Assembly (NCBI GenBank): GCA_964016885.1
Contig: OZ024754.1
Coordinates: 1,178,001-1,242,000, forward strand
DNA from: Eledone cirrhosa
Lineage: Eukaryota
Length of the DNA stretch: 64,000 nt
Direction of reading: 5' to 3'
The notes below the pieces were generated by a model. That model was not told where the DNA came from and did no database searches. It worked only from the letters and a program-made list of their open reading frames with translations. This document shows positions 50,403 to 64,000 of the stretch, one piece after another. The position numbers and the translations under genes are program-made. Positions within the stretch are counted from its first letter, which is position 1, and each line of letters starts with the position of its first letter.

Positions 50403-53400
50403 GGACCTCTTGATAAGACGAAATGACCTGTATAATTTTTTTCATATTTAGATGGAATAGAAGAAAAAGAAGAGAAATGAAAGCAATGAAATTAAGTTTT
50501 AGAGAAAATATACGCCAACGACAATGGAGGTATGATTTCAGTTTAATCTTAACCTAATGACCACTTTACAGAGTGTACTGGGTGTGTTTTACCTCGCTAT
50601 GTTTACTGTAAACCCTAGATAACGAATGCCTTGTTGAGTGTTGTGAATTGTGAACGTGAGGTTGTGTTGTGGGGTTGCTTGGTGAGGTTGCATAAGAAGG
50701 GTGTTGTGAGTTTGCATTATGATGTAGCTTTGTGAGGCTTTGTTGTGAATTGATAAATATTTGAAAACACACCTCTGTCCCTCAACAGTCAGTCAGTCAT
50801 TTTCTACTAAAACTCATTGATGCGAGTCCCTAGCATTGTATCTGTAAGTACATTATGACTATTTTCTCTTGGTGGACTTGACATTCAAAGATATTTGTAT
50901 ATATTTTGTTGATGTTGTTTGTTAGTTAGGAAATTGCTTAAAAGCTACTTTGATCACAGCACTTTGTAAAGGCAACATATGTTTAAGATTCTTTTTTCTT
51001 TTATTTTTGTTATTCAGATGACAGAGAAGGCAAAGAAAGGCACAGAAGAAAAGAACAATGACGATTATTATTATTATTATTACTATTATTATTTGTTTTA
51101 TTATAATCAAAATATGCTGTTAGTTTGCCTGCTATCCCACTACGTGCCTGCTATCGCACTCGATCTTTTGTGTACGTTTTATATAATTTATGCCAGTTCC
51201 GTTTCTGCATATCGAACATGGCCATTTCCCTGACGGAATAGAGTTTTGTCCTCTTTTCTACTCATCAACACTCATTCGTGACACAAAGTACAGCGGCATC
51301 ATTGCGGACAGACTTAATCCCGATTTGCACTGACACACTGCCTCGCAGTACGGAACAGCGCACGTCGTCGAGCAGCCTCCTTGCATGCTAAGTACACCTG
51401 ACGTCTAGCTTCTCTCTTAGCGGCTGTATATTCTTCTCTACTCGCACTAATTTTGCAAGCATTCCATGCTAGTCTTTAGTCTCCAATGGCCCGATCTACC
51501 GTGCTGTCCCACCACCATGTCACTCTCTGTCTGGTTGGAACTCTGATCCAGCCACAAGTTTCATCAGTAACCTGCAGTAAGGTATCGCATAAGAAATTCC
51601 AGTTATCATCTATGTTGTACGACTCTAAATCGTCTTCTTTTTCATCATACACATATTGAAGGGCTTTCCTAAATTTGTATTTTAGTGAGAGCTCTTTTAG
51701 CTTCCAGACCTTTCTTTTTTCCACACCTTCCTGTATGTCTCATTCAGTCTCTTGCTTGGAGTACATTCTTCCCCGGGGTATGCCTTTGTATTTGACACCA
51801 TCTGCCTGTCCCGCTGCCTCACTAGCAAGAAGTCAATCTGGCTTATGTGCTTGCCTGATTTGTAGGTTATTAGGTGGTTGGCAGATTTGTGTAAGTTAGT
51901 GTTGTAGATCGTTAGTGCAATTGCATCGCAAAATTCAAGAAGTTTCACTGCTTCATTTCTTAAGCCGTAAGTGTGCCCAACACGTACCTCGGTGTAACCA
52001 TCGTAGAGCTGTCCAACATGACCATTGAAATCCCCTGCTAGCATAACGATGTCTCCGTCCTGTCATTGTGGCTGTTTGTAAAAATTGCTTGTAAATGCAG
52101 AATTTCTTTTCTTTACCTAGCAGCAGTTTCTTGCTCTCAATTAACCCTAAAACTAGCCGTAACGCTAACAGTAACACTAACCGTAACACTAACTTATGCA
52201 GGCCTAGGTAAAGACGAGAAAGATAAAACAAGGAGTGATGCTATTTGAATTTTGTGATGCAAGTGTTTTAACCATTTGCAAAACCAACTTCCGCAAACCT
52301 GCCAACTGCCTAATAACCTACGAATTAGGCAAGCACAGAAGCCGGATTTCTCGGTAGTTAGGCAGCGAGACAGACAGATGGTGTGAAGTACCAGGGTGTG
52401 CCCCGGGGAGGACTGTTTCCCACAGCGTGGGTTGGTTGTTGGTGATGTCTCGGTGATCCTGAGACGGAGTGAGAAGTGTAGGTAAATAGATAGACTGATG
52501 CACAGATATCTGGATAGATTGATAGAGAGATAGATATATAGAGAGCATCATTATCATCGTCTGTTCATCATTTTACGTCCGCTTTTCCCTGCTTGAAAGG
52601 GTGGGACAGGTCCTCTTGAGCAAAGCATCTCTTCACTTGTCACGGTCCTTCGTCATCTCCTTGGTGAGTTTCAGCGATCTGAAGTCGGCTCTCACCACCT
52701 CCACCCATGTTTTTCGTGGTCTTCCTCTACTGCGTCTCCCTTCTTTACCCAGCGCTCAACCTCCATGCGCATCACATGTCCATACCATCTCAGTCCTCTC
52801 TTGCACACCACAACTTATCCCTCTTAAACACAGTTTCTCTCTCAACTCGTTTATGCTTGGTCGTTCCTGCACATTGACATTGCACATCCAACGGAGCGTG
52901 CTTGCTTCCTTTCTCTCCAGCCATCGCATACCCTCTGCAGTTGCTGTCCATGTCTCACTACCATGCAGGGTCGCACATCTCGCATAGGCATCATGTAACC
53001 ACACTTTCGTACGCATATATATATTTGTATATATGTATATATATATATGTGTGTGTATGTATATATATATGTATGTATATATTTGTCCTGGGTATGACAT
53101 TAAACTACATCCAGTGGCAAGGCTCAAGTTCAGGAGGAACTGTGGGGAACGTGGAGTTACCCCCTTAGTTGTCATAACTCCCAGGTCTGCTCTGGCCTGG
53201 TGTAGTAGTACCTGTTGGGGCCCCATTTATAGGTTAAATAATAAGATGACAGATCGGCGTACCCTATCAAAGGCCTTCTCTAGGTCAACAAAGGCTAAGT
53301 ATAGTGGCTTATTTTTCTCTAAGAACCTCTCTTGTAATTGTCTCATCAAGAAGAGGGCATATGTTGTACTATTCCCAGGCACAAAACCAAACTGCATCTG

Positions 53401-53988
53401 ATCTAGTTTGACCCTTTCTCTAATTAGTTGTGCTAATATCCTTTCTGCCACTTTCATAACCTGATCCATCAGTTTTATATCCCTATAATTTCTCCTCTCA
53501 AGAGCGTCCCCTTTACTTTTGCACTAGTCTTTGGGTATGACACTGCCATATATAGCCTGATTGATGATGTGTGCAACCAGTTTAGTGCCTACGTCCCCTG
53601 AGGCCTTCAGCATCTCAGCAACTATCTCCGATGGTCCAGCAGCCTCACCATTTTTCATTTCCTTAATCGCCTCTTGGACCCTATATTCGTTAATCTCAAT
53701 AGCTGGTCCCTCTGTCTGATCTACTGAGGGTAATTTCTCTCTCTCCCATATATATATATATCTTGAAAGATTTGTAAATGTCTGAGAGATTGGCTAAATG
53801 TTTTACAGTGTACTGTGCCACTAAACTGCACCATACTAAATTACACTGCACTGCACTGCACTGCACTGTTCACGCTAACGCTAGTGTTTTGTGTTTTGCA
53901 GGTATGACCAGTAAGAGCGAGGAAGTTATTTCAAAGGATTTTCGTAATTAAACACTTTTTTTACCATTATTTTAAGGTATTATCTCGG

Positions 53989-54019
<31 letters not shown>

Positions 54020-57000
54020 GGACCTCTTGATAAGACGAAATGACCTGTATAATTTTTTTTTCATATTTAGATGGAATAGAAGAAAAAGAAGAGAAATGAA
54101 AGCAATGAAATTAAGTTTTAGAGAAAATATACGCCAACGACAATGGAGGTATGATTTCAGTTTAATCTTAACCTAATGACCACTTTACAGAGTGTACTGG
54201 GTGTTTTACCTCGCTATGTTTACTGTAAACCCTAGATAACGAATGCCTTGTTGAGTGTTGTGAATTGTGAACGTGAGGTTGTGTTGTGGGGTTGCTTGGT
54301 GAGGTTGCATAAGAAGGGTGTTGTGAGTTTGCATTATGATGTAGCTTTGTGAGGCTTTGTTGTGAATTGATAAATATTTGAAAACACACCTCTGTCCCCT
54401 CAACAGTCAGTCAGTCATTTTCTACTAAAACTCATTGATGCGAGTCCCTAGCATTGTATCTGTAAGTACATTATGACTATTTTCTCTTGGTGGACTTGAC
54501 ATTCAAAGATATTTGTATATATTTTGTTGATGTTGTTTGTTAGTTAGGAAATTGCTTAAAAGCTACTTTGATCACAGCACTTTGTAAAGGCAACATATGT
54601 TTAAGATTCTTTTTTCTTTTATTTTTGTTATTCAGATGACAGAGAAGGCAAAGAAAGGCACAGAAGAAAAGAACAATGACGATTATTATTATTATTATTA
54701 CTATTATTATTTGTTTTATTATAATCAAAATATGCTGTTAGTTTGCCTGCTATCCCACTACGTGCCTGCTATCGCACTCGATCTTTTGTGTACGTTTTAT
54801 ATAATTTATGCCAGTTCCGTTTCTGCATATCGAACATGGCCATTTCCCTGACGGAATAGAGTTTTGTCCTCTTTTCTACTCATCAACACTCATTCGTGAC
54901 ACAAAGTACAGCGGCATCATTGCGGGCAGACTTAATCCCGATTTTCACTGACACACTGCCTTGCAGTACGGAACAGCGCACGTCGTCGAGCAGCCTCCTT
55001 GCATGCTAAGTACACCTGACGTCTAGCTTCTCTCTTAGCGGCTGTATATTCTTCTCTACTCGCACTAATTTTGCAAGCATTCCATGCTAGTCTTTAGTCT
55101 CCAATGGCCCGATCTACCGTGCTGTCCCACCACCATGTCACTCTCTGTCTGGTTGGAACTCTGATCCAGCCACAAGTTTCATCAGTAACCTGCAGTAAGG
55201 TATCGCATAAGAAATTCCAGTTATCATCTATGTTGTACGACTCTAAATCGTCTTCTTTTTCATCATACACATATTGAAGGGCTTTCCTAAATTTGTATTT
55301 TAGTGAGAGCTCTTTTAGCTTCCAGACCTTTCTTTTTTCCACACCTTCCTGTATGTCTCATTCAGTCTCTTGCTTAATGAGATATCACTAACGACTAACC
55401 TATGCTGTGGGGTACATTCTTCCCCGGGGTATGCCTTTGTATTTGACACCATCTGCCTGTCCCGCTGCCTAACTAGCAAGAAGTCAATCTGGCTTATGTG
55501 CTTGCCTGATTTGTAGGTTATTAGGTGGTTGGCAGATTTGTGTAAGTTAGTGTTGTAGATGGTTAGTGCAATTGCATCGCAAAATTCAAGAAGTTTCACT
55601 GCTTCATTTCTTAAGCCGTAAGTGTGCCCAACATGTACCTCGGTGTAACCATCGTAGAGCTGTCCAACATGACCATTGAAATCCCCTGCTAGCATAACGA
55701 TGTCTCCGTCCTGTCATTGTGGCTGTTTGTAAAAATTGCTTGTAAATGCAGAATTTCTTGTCTTTACCTAGCAGCAGTTTCTTGCTCTCAATTAACCCTA
55801 AAACTAGCCGTAACGCTAACAGTAACACTAACCGTAACACTAACTTATGCAGGCCTGGGTAAAGACGAGAAAGATAAAACAAGGAGTGATGCTATTTGAA
55901 TTTCGTGATGCAAGTGTTTTAACCATTTGCAAAACCAACTTACGCAAACCTGCCAACTGCCTAATAACCTACAAATTAGGCAAGCACAGAAGCCGGATTT
56001 CTCGGTAGTTAGGCAGCGAGACAGACAGATGGTGTGAAGTACCAGGGTGTGCCCCGGGGAGGACTGTTTCCCACAGCGTGGGTTGGTTGTTGGTGATGTC
56101 TCGGTGATCCTGAGACGGAGTGAGAAGTGCAGGTAAATAGATAGACTGATGCACAGATATCTGGATAGATTGATAGAGAGATAGATATATAGAGAGCATC
56201 ATTATCATCGTCTGTTCATCATTTTACGTCCGCTTTTCCCTGCTTGAAAGGGTGGGACAGGTCCTCTTGAGCAAAGCATCTCTTCACTTGTCACGGTCCT
56301 TCGTCATCTCCTTGGTGAGTTTCAGCGATCTGAAGTCGGCTCTCACCACCTCCACCCATGTTTTTCGTGGTCTTCCTCTACTGCGTCTCCCTTCTTTACC
56401 CAGCGCTCAACCTCCATGCGCATCACATGTCCATACCATCTCAGTCCTCTCTTGCACACCACAACTTATCCCTCTTAAACACAGTTTCTCTCTCAACTCG
56501 TTTATGCTTGGTCGTTCCCGCACATTGACATTGCACATCCAACGGAGCGTGCTTGCTTCATTTCTCTCCAGCCATCGCATACCCTCTGCAGTTGCTGTCC
56601 ATGTCTCACTACCATGCAGGGTCGCACATCTCGCATAGGCATCATGTAACCACACTTTCGTACGCATATATATATTTGTATATATGTATATATATATATA
56701 TATATATGTGTGTATGTATATATATATATGTATGTATATATTTGTCCTGGGTATGACATTAAACTACATCCAGTGGCAAGGCTCAAGTTCAGGAGGAACT
56801 GTGGGGAACGTGGAGTTACCCCCTTAGTTGTCATAACTCCCAGGTCTGCTCTGGCCTGGTGTAGTAGTACCTGTTGGGGCCCCATTTATAGGTTAAATAA
56901 TAAGATGACAGATCGGCGTACCCTATCAAAGGCCTTCTCTAGGTCAACAAAGGCAAAGTATAGTGGCTTATTTTTCTCTAAGAACCTCTCTTGTAATTGT

Positions 57001-60000
57001 CTCATCAAGAAGAGGGCATCTGTTGTACTATTCCCAGGCACAAAACCAAACTGCATCTCATCTAGTTTGACCCTTTCTCTAATTAGTTGTGCTAATATCC
57101 TTTCTGCCACTTTCATAACCTGATCCATCAGTTTTATATCCCTATAATTTCTCCTCTCAAGAGCGTCCCCTTTACTTTTGCACTAGTCTTTGGGTATGAC
57201 ACTGCCATATATAGCCTGATTGATGATGTGTGCAACCAGTTTAGTGCCTACGTCCCCTGAGGCCTTCAGCATCTCAGCAACTATCTCCGATGGTCCAGCA
57301 GCCTCACCATTTTTCATTTCCTAAATCGCCTCTTGGACCCTATATTCGTCAATCTCAATAGCTGGTCCCTCTGTCTGATCTACTGAGGGTAATTTCTCTC
57401 TCTCCCATATATATATATATCTTGAAAGATTTGTAAATGTCTGAGAGATTGGCTAAATGTTTTACAGTGTACTGTGCCACTAAACTGCACCATACTAAAT
57501 TACACTGCACTGCACTGCACTGCACTGTTCACGCTAACGCTAGTGTTTTGTGTTTTGCAGGTATGACCAGTAAGAGCGAGGAAGTTATTTCAAAGGATTT
57601 TCGTAATTAAACACTTTTTTTACCATTATTTTAAGGTATTATCTCGGTTTTTTTTTTTTTTTTTTTTTTTTTTAAATGGACCTCTTGATAAGACGAAATG
57701 ACCTGTATAATTTTTTTTTCATATTTAGATGGAATAGAAGAAAAAGAAGAGAAATGAAAGCAATGAAATTAAGTTTTAGAGAAAATATACGCCAACGACA
57801 ATGGAGGTATGATTTCAGTTTAATCTTAACCTAATGACCACTTTACAGAGTGTACTGGGTGTTTTACCTCGCTATGTTTACTGTAAACCCTAGATAACGA
57901 ATGCCTTGTTGAGTGTTGTGAATTGTGAACGTGAGGTTGTGTTGTGGGGTTGCTTGGTGAGGTTGCATAAGAAGGGTGTTGTGAGTTTGCATTATGATGT
58001 AGCTTTGTGAGGCTTTGTTGTGAATTGATAAATATTTGAAAACACACCTCTGTCCCCTCAACAGTCAGTCAGTCATTTTCTACTAAAACTCATTGATGCG
58101 AGTCCCTAGCATTGTATCTGTAAGTACATTATGACTATTTTCTCTTGGTGGACTTGACATTCAAAGATATTTGTATATATTTTGTTGATGTTGTTTGTTA
58201 GTTAGGAAATTGCTTAAAAGCTACTTTGATCACAGCACTTTGTAAAGGCAACATATGTTTAAGATTCTTTTTTTCTTTTATTTTTGTTATTCAGATGACA
58301 GAGAAGGCAAAGAAAGGCACAGAAGAAAAGAACAATGACGATTATTATTATTATTATTACTATTATTATTTGTTTTATTATAATCAAAATATGCTGTTAG
58401 TTTGCCTGCTATCCCACTACGTGCCTGCTATCGCACTCGATCTTTTGTGTACGTTTTATATAATTTATGCCAGTTCCGTTTCTGCATATCGAACATGGCC
58501 ATTTCCCTGACGGAATAGAGTTTTGTCCTCTTTTCTACTCATCAACACTCATTCGTGACACAAAGTACAGCGGCATCATTGCGGGCAGACTTAATCCCGA
58601 TTTTCACTGACACACTGCCTTGCAGTACGGAACAGCGCACGTCGTCGAGCAGCCTCCTTGCATGCTAAGTACACCTGACGTCTAGCTTCTCTCTTAGCGG
58701 CTGTATATTCTTCTCTACTCGCACTAATTTTGCAAGCATTCCATGCTAGTCTTTAGTCTCCAATGGCCCGATCTACCGTGCTGTCCCACCACCATGTCAC
58801 TCTCTGTCTGGTTGGAACTCTGATCCAGCCACAAGTTTCATCAGTAACCTGCAGTAAGGTATCGCATAAGAAATTCCAGTTATCATCTATGTTGTACGAC
58901 TCTAAATCGTCTTCTTTTTCATCATACACATATTGAAGGGCTTTCCTAAATTTGTATTTTAGTGAGAGCTCTTTTAGCTTCCAGACCTTTCTTTTTTCCA
59001 CACCTTCCTGTATGTCTCATTCAGTCTCTTGCTTAATGAGATATCACTAACGACTAACCTATGCTGTGGGGTACATTCTTCCCCGGGGTATGCCTTTGTA
59101 TTTGACACCATCTGCCTGTCCCACTGCCTAACTAGCAAGAAGTCAATCTGGCTTATGTGCTTGCCTGATTTGTAGGTTATTAGGTGGTTGGCAGATTTGT
59201 GTAAGTTAGTGTTGTAGATGGTTAGTGCAATTGCATCGCAAAATTCAAGAAGTTTCACTGCTTCATTTCTTAAGCCGTAAGTGTGCCCAACATGTACCTC
59301 GGTGTAACCATCGTAGAGCTGTCCAACATGACCATTGAAATCCCCTGCTAGCATAACGATGTCTCCGTCCTGTCATTGTGGCTGTTTGTAAAAATTGCTT
59401 GTAAATGCAGAATTTCTTGTCTTTACCTAGCAGCAGTTTCTTGCTCTCAATTAACCCTAAAACTAGCCGTAACGCTAACAGTAACACTAACCGTAACACT
59501 AACTTATGCAGGCCTGGGTAAAGACGAGAAAGATAAAACAAGGAGTGATGCTATTTGAATTTCGTGATGCAAGTGTTTTAACCATTTGCAAAACCAACTT
59601 CCGCAAACCTGCCAACTGCCTAATAACCTACAAATTAGGCAAGCACAGAAGCCGGATTTCTCGGTAGTTAGGCAGCGAGACAGACAGATGGTGTGAAGTA
59701 CCAGGGTGTGCCCCGGGGAGGACTGTTTCCCACAGCGTGGGTTGGTTGTTGGTGATGTCTCGGTGATCCTGAGACGGAGTGAGAAGTGCAGGTAAATAGA
59801 TAGACTGATGCACAGATATCTGGATAGATTGATAGAGAGATAGATATATAGAGAGCATCATTATCATCGTCTGTTCATCATTTTACGTCCGCTTTTCCCT
59901 GCTTGAAAGGGTGGGACAGGTCCTCTTGAGCAAAGCATCTCTTCACTTGTCACGGTCCTTCGTCATCTCCTTGGTGAGTTTCAGCGATCTGAAGTCGGCT

Positions 60001-60290
60001 CTCACCACCTCCACCCATGTTTTTCGTGGTCTTCCTCTACTGTGTCTCCCTTCTTTACCCAGCGCTCAACCTCCATGCGCATCACATGTCCATACCATCT
60101 CAGTCCTCTCTTGCACACCACAACTTATCCCTCTTAAACACAGTTTCTCTCTCAACTCGTTTATGCTTGGTCGTTCCCGCACATTGACATTGCACATCCA
60201 ACGGAGCGTGCTTGCTTCATTTCTCTCCAGCCATCGCATACCCTCTGCAGTTGCTGTCCATGTCTCACTACCATGCAGCGTCGCGCATCT
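35085..60290. repeat. Tandem array of ~7 units of ~3.6-3.7 kb (macrosatellite) built from RTE fragments, a SINE-like piece, microsatellites and a unique core
   Basis: Anchor gtcctgggtatgacattaaac at ~35108, 38387, 42078, 45756, 49454, 53085, 56744; the same ORF set recurs with this period. Unit 1 is shorter with a different core; unit 7 stops at ~60290. Confidence 0.97.
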
Positions 60291-60294
60291 CACT

Positions 60295-60325
<31 letters not shown>

Positions 60326-60344
60326 GTACATACATATATATTAT

Positions 60345-60945
60345 GTCAGGTCACCAGTTGGTGCTACTGGTAACATGTATCCCAGTACAACCTGTCTCAT
60401 GGTCGGGTCGTTGGCGACTAAACTGGCAACCCCACTAAGGTTTCTTGGTGAGGAGGGTGACTTTGGACATCCTGCAGGACTAAAAACAAAACCTGTCAAA
60501 GGGCAAAGGAGCTCTTAAGAGTCAATGGCCATCCAAAATCACCGGGAGAGATGACCCCTTAGCCTGTGTCAAGGCAGAATTCTAGAAGGAAAACTCTGAT
60601 ATAACACCTGCAACCCTGATGGTATCCAATGATGTTGACTTGTTTTGCTTTTTGGTAAATATCATCTTGGTTAAGAGAGTGGGACTGGCTTTGTGCAGTG
60701 CCTTTGCTCACTATAAAAGCTTCACAGCACAGGCATTGCTTTATATCTGGAGATCTCTCTGCACTCGTCGTCACATGGTACGATTGGCCCAGCACTGTCA
60801 ATAATTGTCACAAGTGTAGTGTTTGTACCAGAGTTTTCAAGTCACTGGCTGGACTAAAACGTCACACTCGTTCAGCCCATCGGTAGGGGTTCTCCTACAT
60901 GGATATAAAGTAGGGGCCGTACTCGAAAAAGAGTTGGCAACCACC
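60345..60945 (+). mobile_element. Non-autonomous RTE/BovB-like element (probable 5' region joined to zinc-finger 3' tail)
   Basis: Bounded by (TA)n; 3' part encodes CHKCSVCTRVFKSLAGLKRHTRSAHR*; no RT. Confidence 0.55.
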
Positions 60946-61084
60946 ATATATATGTATATATGTATATATTTATATGTATGTATATATGCATATATTTGTA
61001 TGTATGTATATATATATATATATATATATGTATGTTTCTGGCTTTCTCTTATTTTCACTCACTCCTCCGCTAGCTCACTTCCTT

Positions 61085-61930
61085 CCTCGTCCGTAACTGT
61101 CTCTTCTCTTGCTCACACTTCTACAGTGAATGTGTCTTTTTTTCTTATCAAACCCGCCAGAACTTGTGTTCGAAATCAATTGTTCACTCGTTTTTTTTTT
61201 TTTTTTTTTTTTTTTTTCCTTTCTTTTTGTTGCTTCAGCCTTTGTGTCTGTTTATATTTTTCTCTCTCTCTCCCCTCTTTTTTATCCCAATAACTTATTT
61301 TAGTTATTGTTCGGCCTAGGTTGAGGCATCTTGTCTCTAACGCGAAGAAATGCCTATGATTCCTAGCAGACAACTGACGATGGATATTGCCCTCTTTTGC
61401 CCGTAACTTTTATTTTGATTATATTTCAATGCAACCACACAGCTTGCCATTTTATTCACATAGTTTTCTTCTCAGTTGTGACCCATCTCTCTTCTATCCC
61501 CTTGTTGCTATGCTCTCTCTCCCCCTTCTCCCTCTTCTGCTAGTCACCTTCTCTCGGCTAACCTGCCACTTCTAAAGCAGTCTCTTCTCTCACTCACACT
61601 GCTACAGTGAAGACATGCATTTTTTTTTCTCGTTAAACCCACCAGAACTTATGTTCAAAATGAGTTGTTGACTTGATTTTTCCTCTTTTCGTTTCTTCAC
61701 CCTTCATGTGTGTATCCATTTTTCTCTCTCCCCCTTTTTTTATTCCAATAACTTATTTTAGTTATTGTTCGCCCTAGGTTGAGGCATCTTGTCTCTAACG
61801 CGAAGAAATGCCTATGATTCCTAGCAGACAACTGACGATGGATATTGCCCTCTTTTGCCCATAACTTTTCTTTTCATTATACTTAAATGCAACCACACAG
61901 CTTGCCATTTTATTCATAGTTTCCTTCTCC
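61085..61930. repeat. Direct tandem duplication, period ~460 bp
   Basis: ccaataacttattttagttattgttcg...gcgaagaaatgcctatgattcctagcagacaactgacgatgg at ~61286 and ~61745. Confidence 0.85.
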
Positions 61931-62284
61931 GCTGAGTTTTGTCCTCTTTTCTACTCATCAACAATTTTGTCTTAGCTATGTTCACTCTCAGTCCTCTTAA
62001 TTCCAACTCTGTTTTCATAGCCAGAATTTATTCTCAAGCTCTTCTACTGATTTTATCATCAGCATAGATAAGTTTCTGTAAACAGGATGTATTCCTACTT
62101 GTATCTGGAATTTGTCACTAAACTCCATTCCTACCCTCACTTTACTGACAGCACCTCTGTACAAAGCTTGCAATGTCCTCACAAGCCATTCATCAACACC
62201 TACACCGAAAAACAACCCAAACCAAACCGTGTGTTCTGTTATTATTTCTTGCAATATTTATAACAATATGACTCTCCCCTGTTA

Positions 62285-62315
<31 letters not shown>

Positions 62316-62719
62316 CGTCATACAAATATGTATCGCAGCATTATCAATAAAGGACTTTAACATCTGAAAGTATTTCGCATTTTATCATTATATATATATG
62401 CACACATACACCGAGAGAGACGACATATATTTATATATGCTAGCTGAAGAACTGCCCTTTGGGCGTTTTTCTGCTAGTATATATAGACATAAGTTTTTGT
62501 AGTGTCCCTTTTCTATCATTTAAAAAGAAACTGAAATGCATTTCAACTAAAAGAGTGATAGCTGTTTCACATGACTGTAGAATTTCTTTGTAGACACAGT
62601 TGCCAGCAAACAGACACCTTTCAGTTAATATTTTAATATTTTCTTTTTTGTGATAATGCAACATACGTGAGAATTGTGTTTGTAGATAAATGTCTGCCCT
62701 TGAAGGTTGTTTCAACTAT

Positions 62720-64000
62720 TTGTGGTCTATCACCATGACGTAGAACTGGAAGAATTTGGTTTTAGTCACCAGATACCACTAAATGGCTTTTTGCAATCTC
62801 GAACATCTTTGAAACTCCTGTCAGGCATTGAAAGATATTCTTATGTCCCATACCTCTCTCATCAATGATTAACAGGTCAGCTTGCTGCATAAGTTTACCT
62901 GTGTCATCCCTCTTTGTGAAGAAGCAAGTTGATTCAGCAGTCATATTGAGAGGAATCGTGCACTTGGAATGAAGAGTTCTTCGTTTGTGAAGCAAAGTGG
63001 CTGCTATTCCAGATATGGCAGTGGCAAGTGCAATTATTTTTTTACATTGGAGGTAATCCATTAGAATGCTTATGACCTGTACCTGCACTTGCATTCAAGC
63101 AGAAAATTCTGCCCTCATTTTCATTTACAGAGGTAATTAGATAAAAAGAACCAGTTGCTGAGGATTCAATGTTGGCAGAAGTTGATTTATTTGTTTGCAT
63201 GGACATGAATTGCTCATGACGTTCATGCATGATATCCTCTGCAAGACAATTCTTCCATTTCTCCCAGAACTGCAGAGGGTCATTTGGCATGCAGTGCAAT
63301 AAAATGGTGCAGAAGATCTGTGGCAGCTGAGGACCAACAGACTAAGTTAATCTTTATATGAAGTTTACCCAGCCTTGTGATGTATGATCATTCTGAGGTA
63401 ATATAATTCAGATTGATGTCTTCTGAGAATGCGTCCAAGAGATTCACTCATAAATTGTTGATCACCATCCAGATGTCCCCTTTTTTTCTTTGCCATTTTT
63501 TGTTTGTCTAAGTGAAATATTTAGGAATATCAATATACAATATATCTTGTTCCAGCGGGTCTCTAATATTCAGTTGAAAATATTCCGCGAACTTAGTCAT
63601 TGGCTGTCCCTTAGAAAGAACTTTCTTCCTGCTCTTGCTCAAACACGACCATTTGTTCCCCAGGTAAATGGCAAGGCAACTTTCCAGAATGCTTCACTGG
63701 CTGAGATATACCATGCATTGATATAGGTCTCAATTTCATTTCGAGCATGGACACAATTTCCTCGATCATTCTTAATAGTGAAAGTGATTTTGTCTGATCC
63801 TTTTGTGATGTACTTTAAGTAGTTAACAGCCTTGACACTGTAGACAACCTCACAATTGACCATGCTGTCTACCCCTTCTTCTATACTTTGAAAAGGAACT
63901 TTTGGCAACAAATGCGGTTTGCCTTGGGATAACTGTTCGAGCATTGTTATTGTTGTCCTAGCCCTTCCTTTCATGAGCACATCATATTAACTTGTCCACA
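62720..64000 (-). pseudogene. Decayed Helitron Rep-helicase (PIF1-like), truncated by the window edge
   Basis: KAVNYLKYITKGSD, YISASEAFWK, PNDPLQFWEKWKNCLAED, FCLNASAGTG (Walker A remnant), ATAISGIAATLL...RTLHS, DLLIIDE (Walker B); multiple frameshifts. Confidence 0.88.

Noticed and set aside
37480-60440. Recurrent 60-175 aa ORFs in the array as a tandem protein-coding gene family
   Set aside because: They are broken RTE ORF pieces, their antisense frames, or microsatellite read-throughs; recurrence reflects DNA duplication only.
29010-60930. Inverted pair 29010-29140 / 60800-60930 as TIRs of a 32-kb element enclosing the array
   Set aside because: Both are 3' tails of a BovB-like retroelement in (TA)n-rich sites; the right copy extends further and no target-site duplication is evident.

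Overview
AT-rich, microsatellite-dense eukaryotic genomic DNA. Its repeat content (Meta-type tRNA SINEs, RTE LINEs with (GAT)n tails, CRE remnants) suggests an octopus/coleoid cephalopod; this is inference. Left half: two spliced genes head-to-head, AP4E1 coding exons 1-7 on the minus strand (running off the left edge, one GC-AG intron) and a complete 14-exon, 516-codon CYP3-clan cytochrome P450 on the plus strand with an atypical I-helix (GAHLTT). Their introns hold a set of (TA)n-anchored fold-back elements; two related (TA)n-bounded modules carry recognisable Penelope-type minimal hammerhead ribozymes, one of them a U3-A8 compensatory core variant. Right half: decayed RTE, Merlin, Gypsy and pogo pieces, then a ~25 kb array of ~7 tandem ~3.6-3.7 kb units built from mostly antisense RTE fragments, an internal inverted repeat and (units 2-7) a plus-strand exon-like cassette, and finally a decayed Helitron Rep-helicase at the right edge. 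Exon coordinates were read base by base; repeat boundaries are approximate and were estimated by eye.
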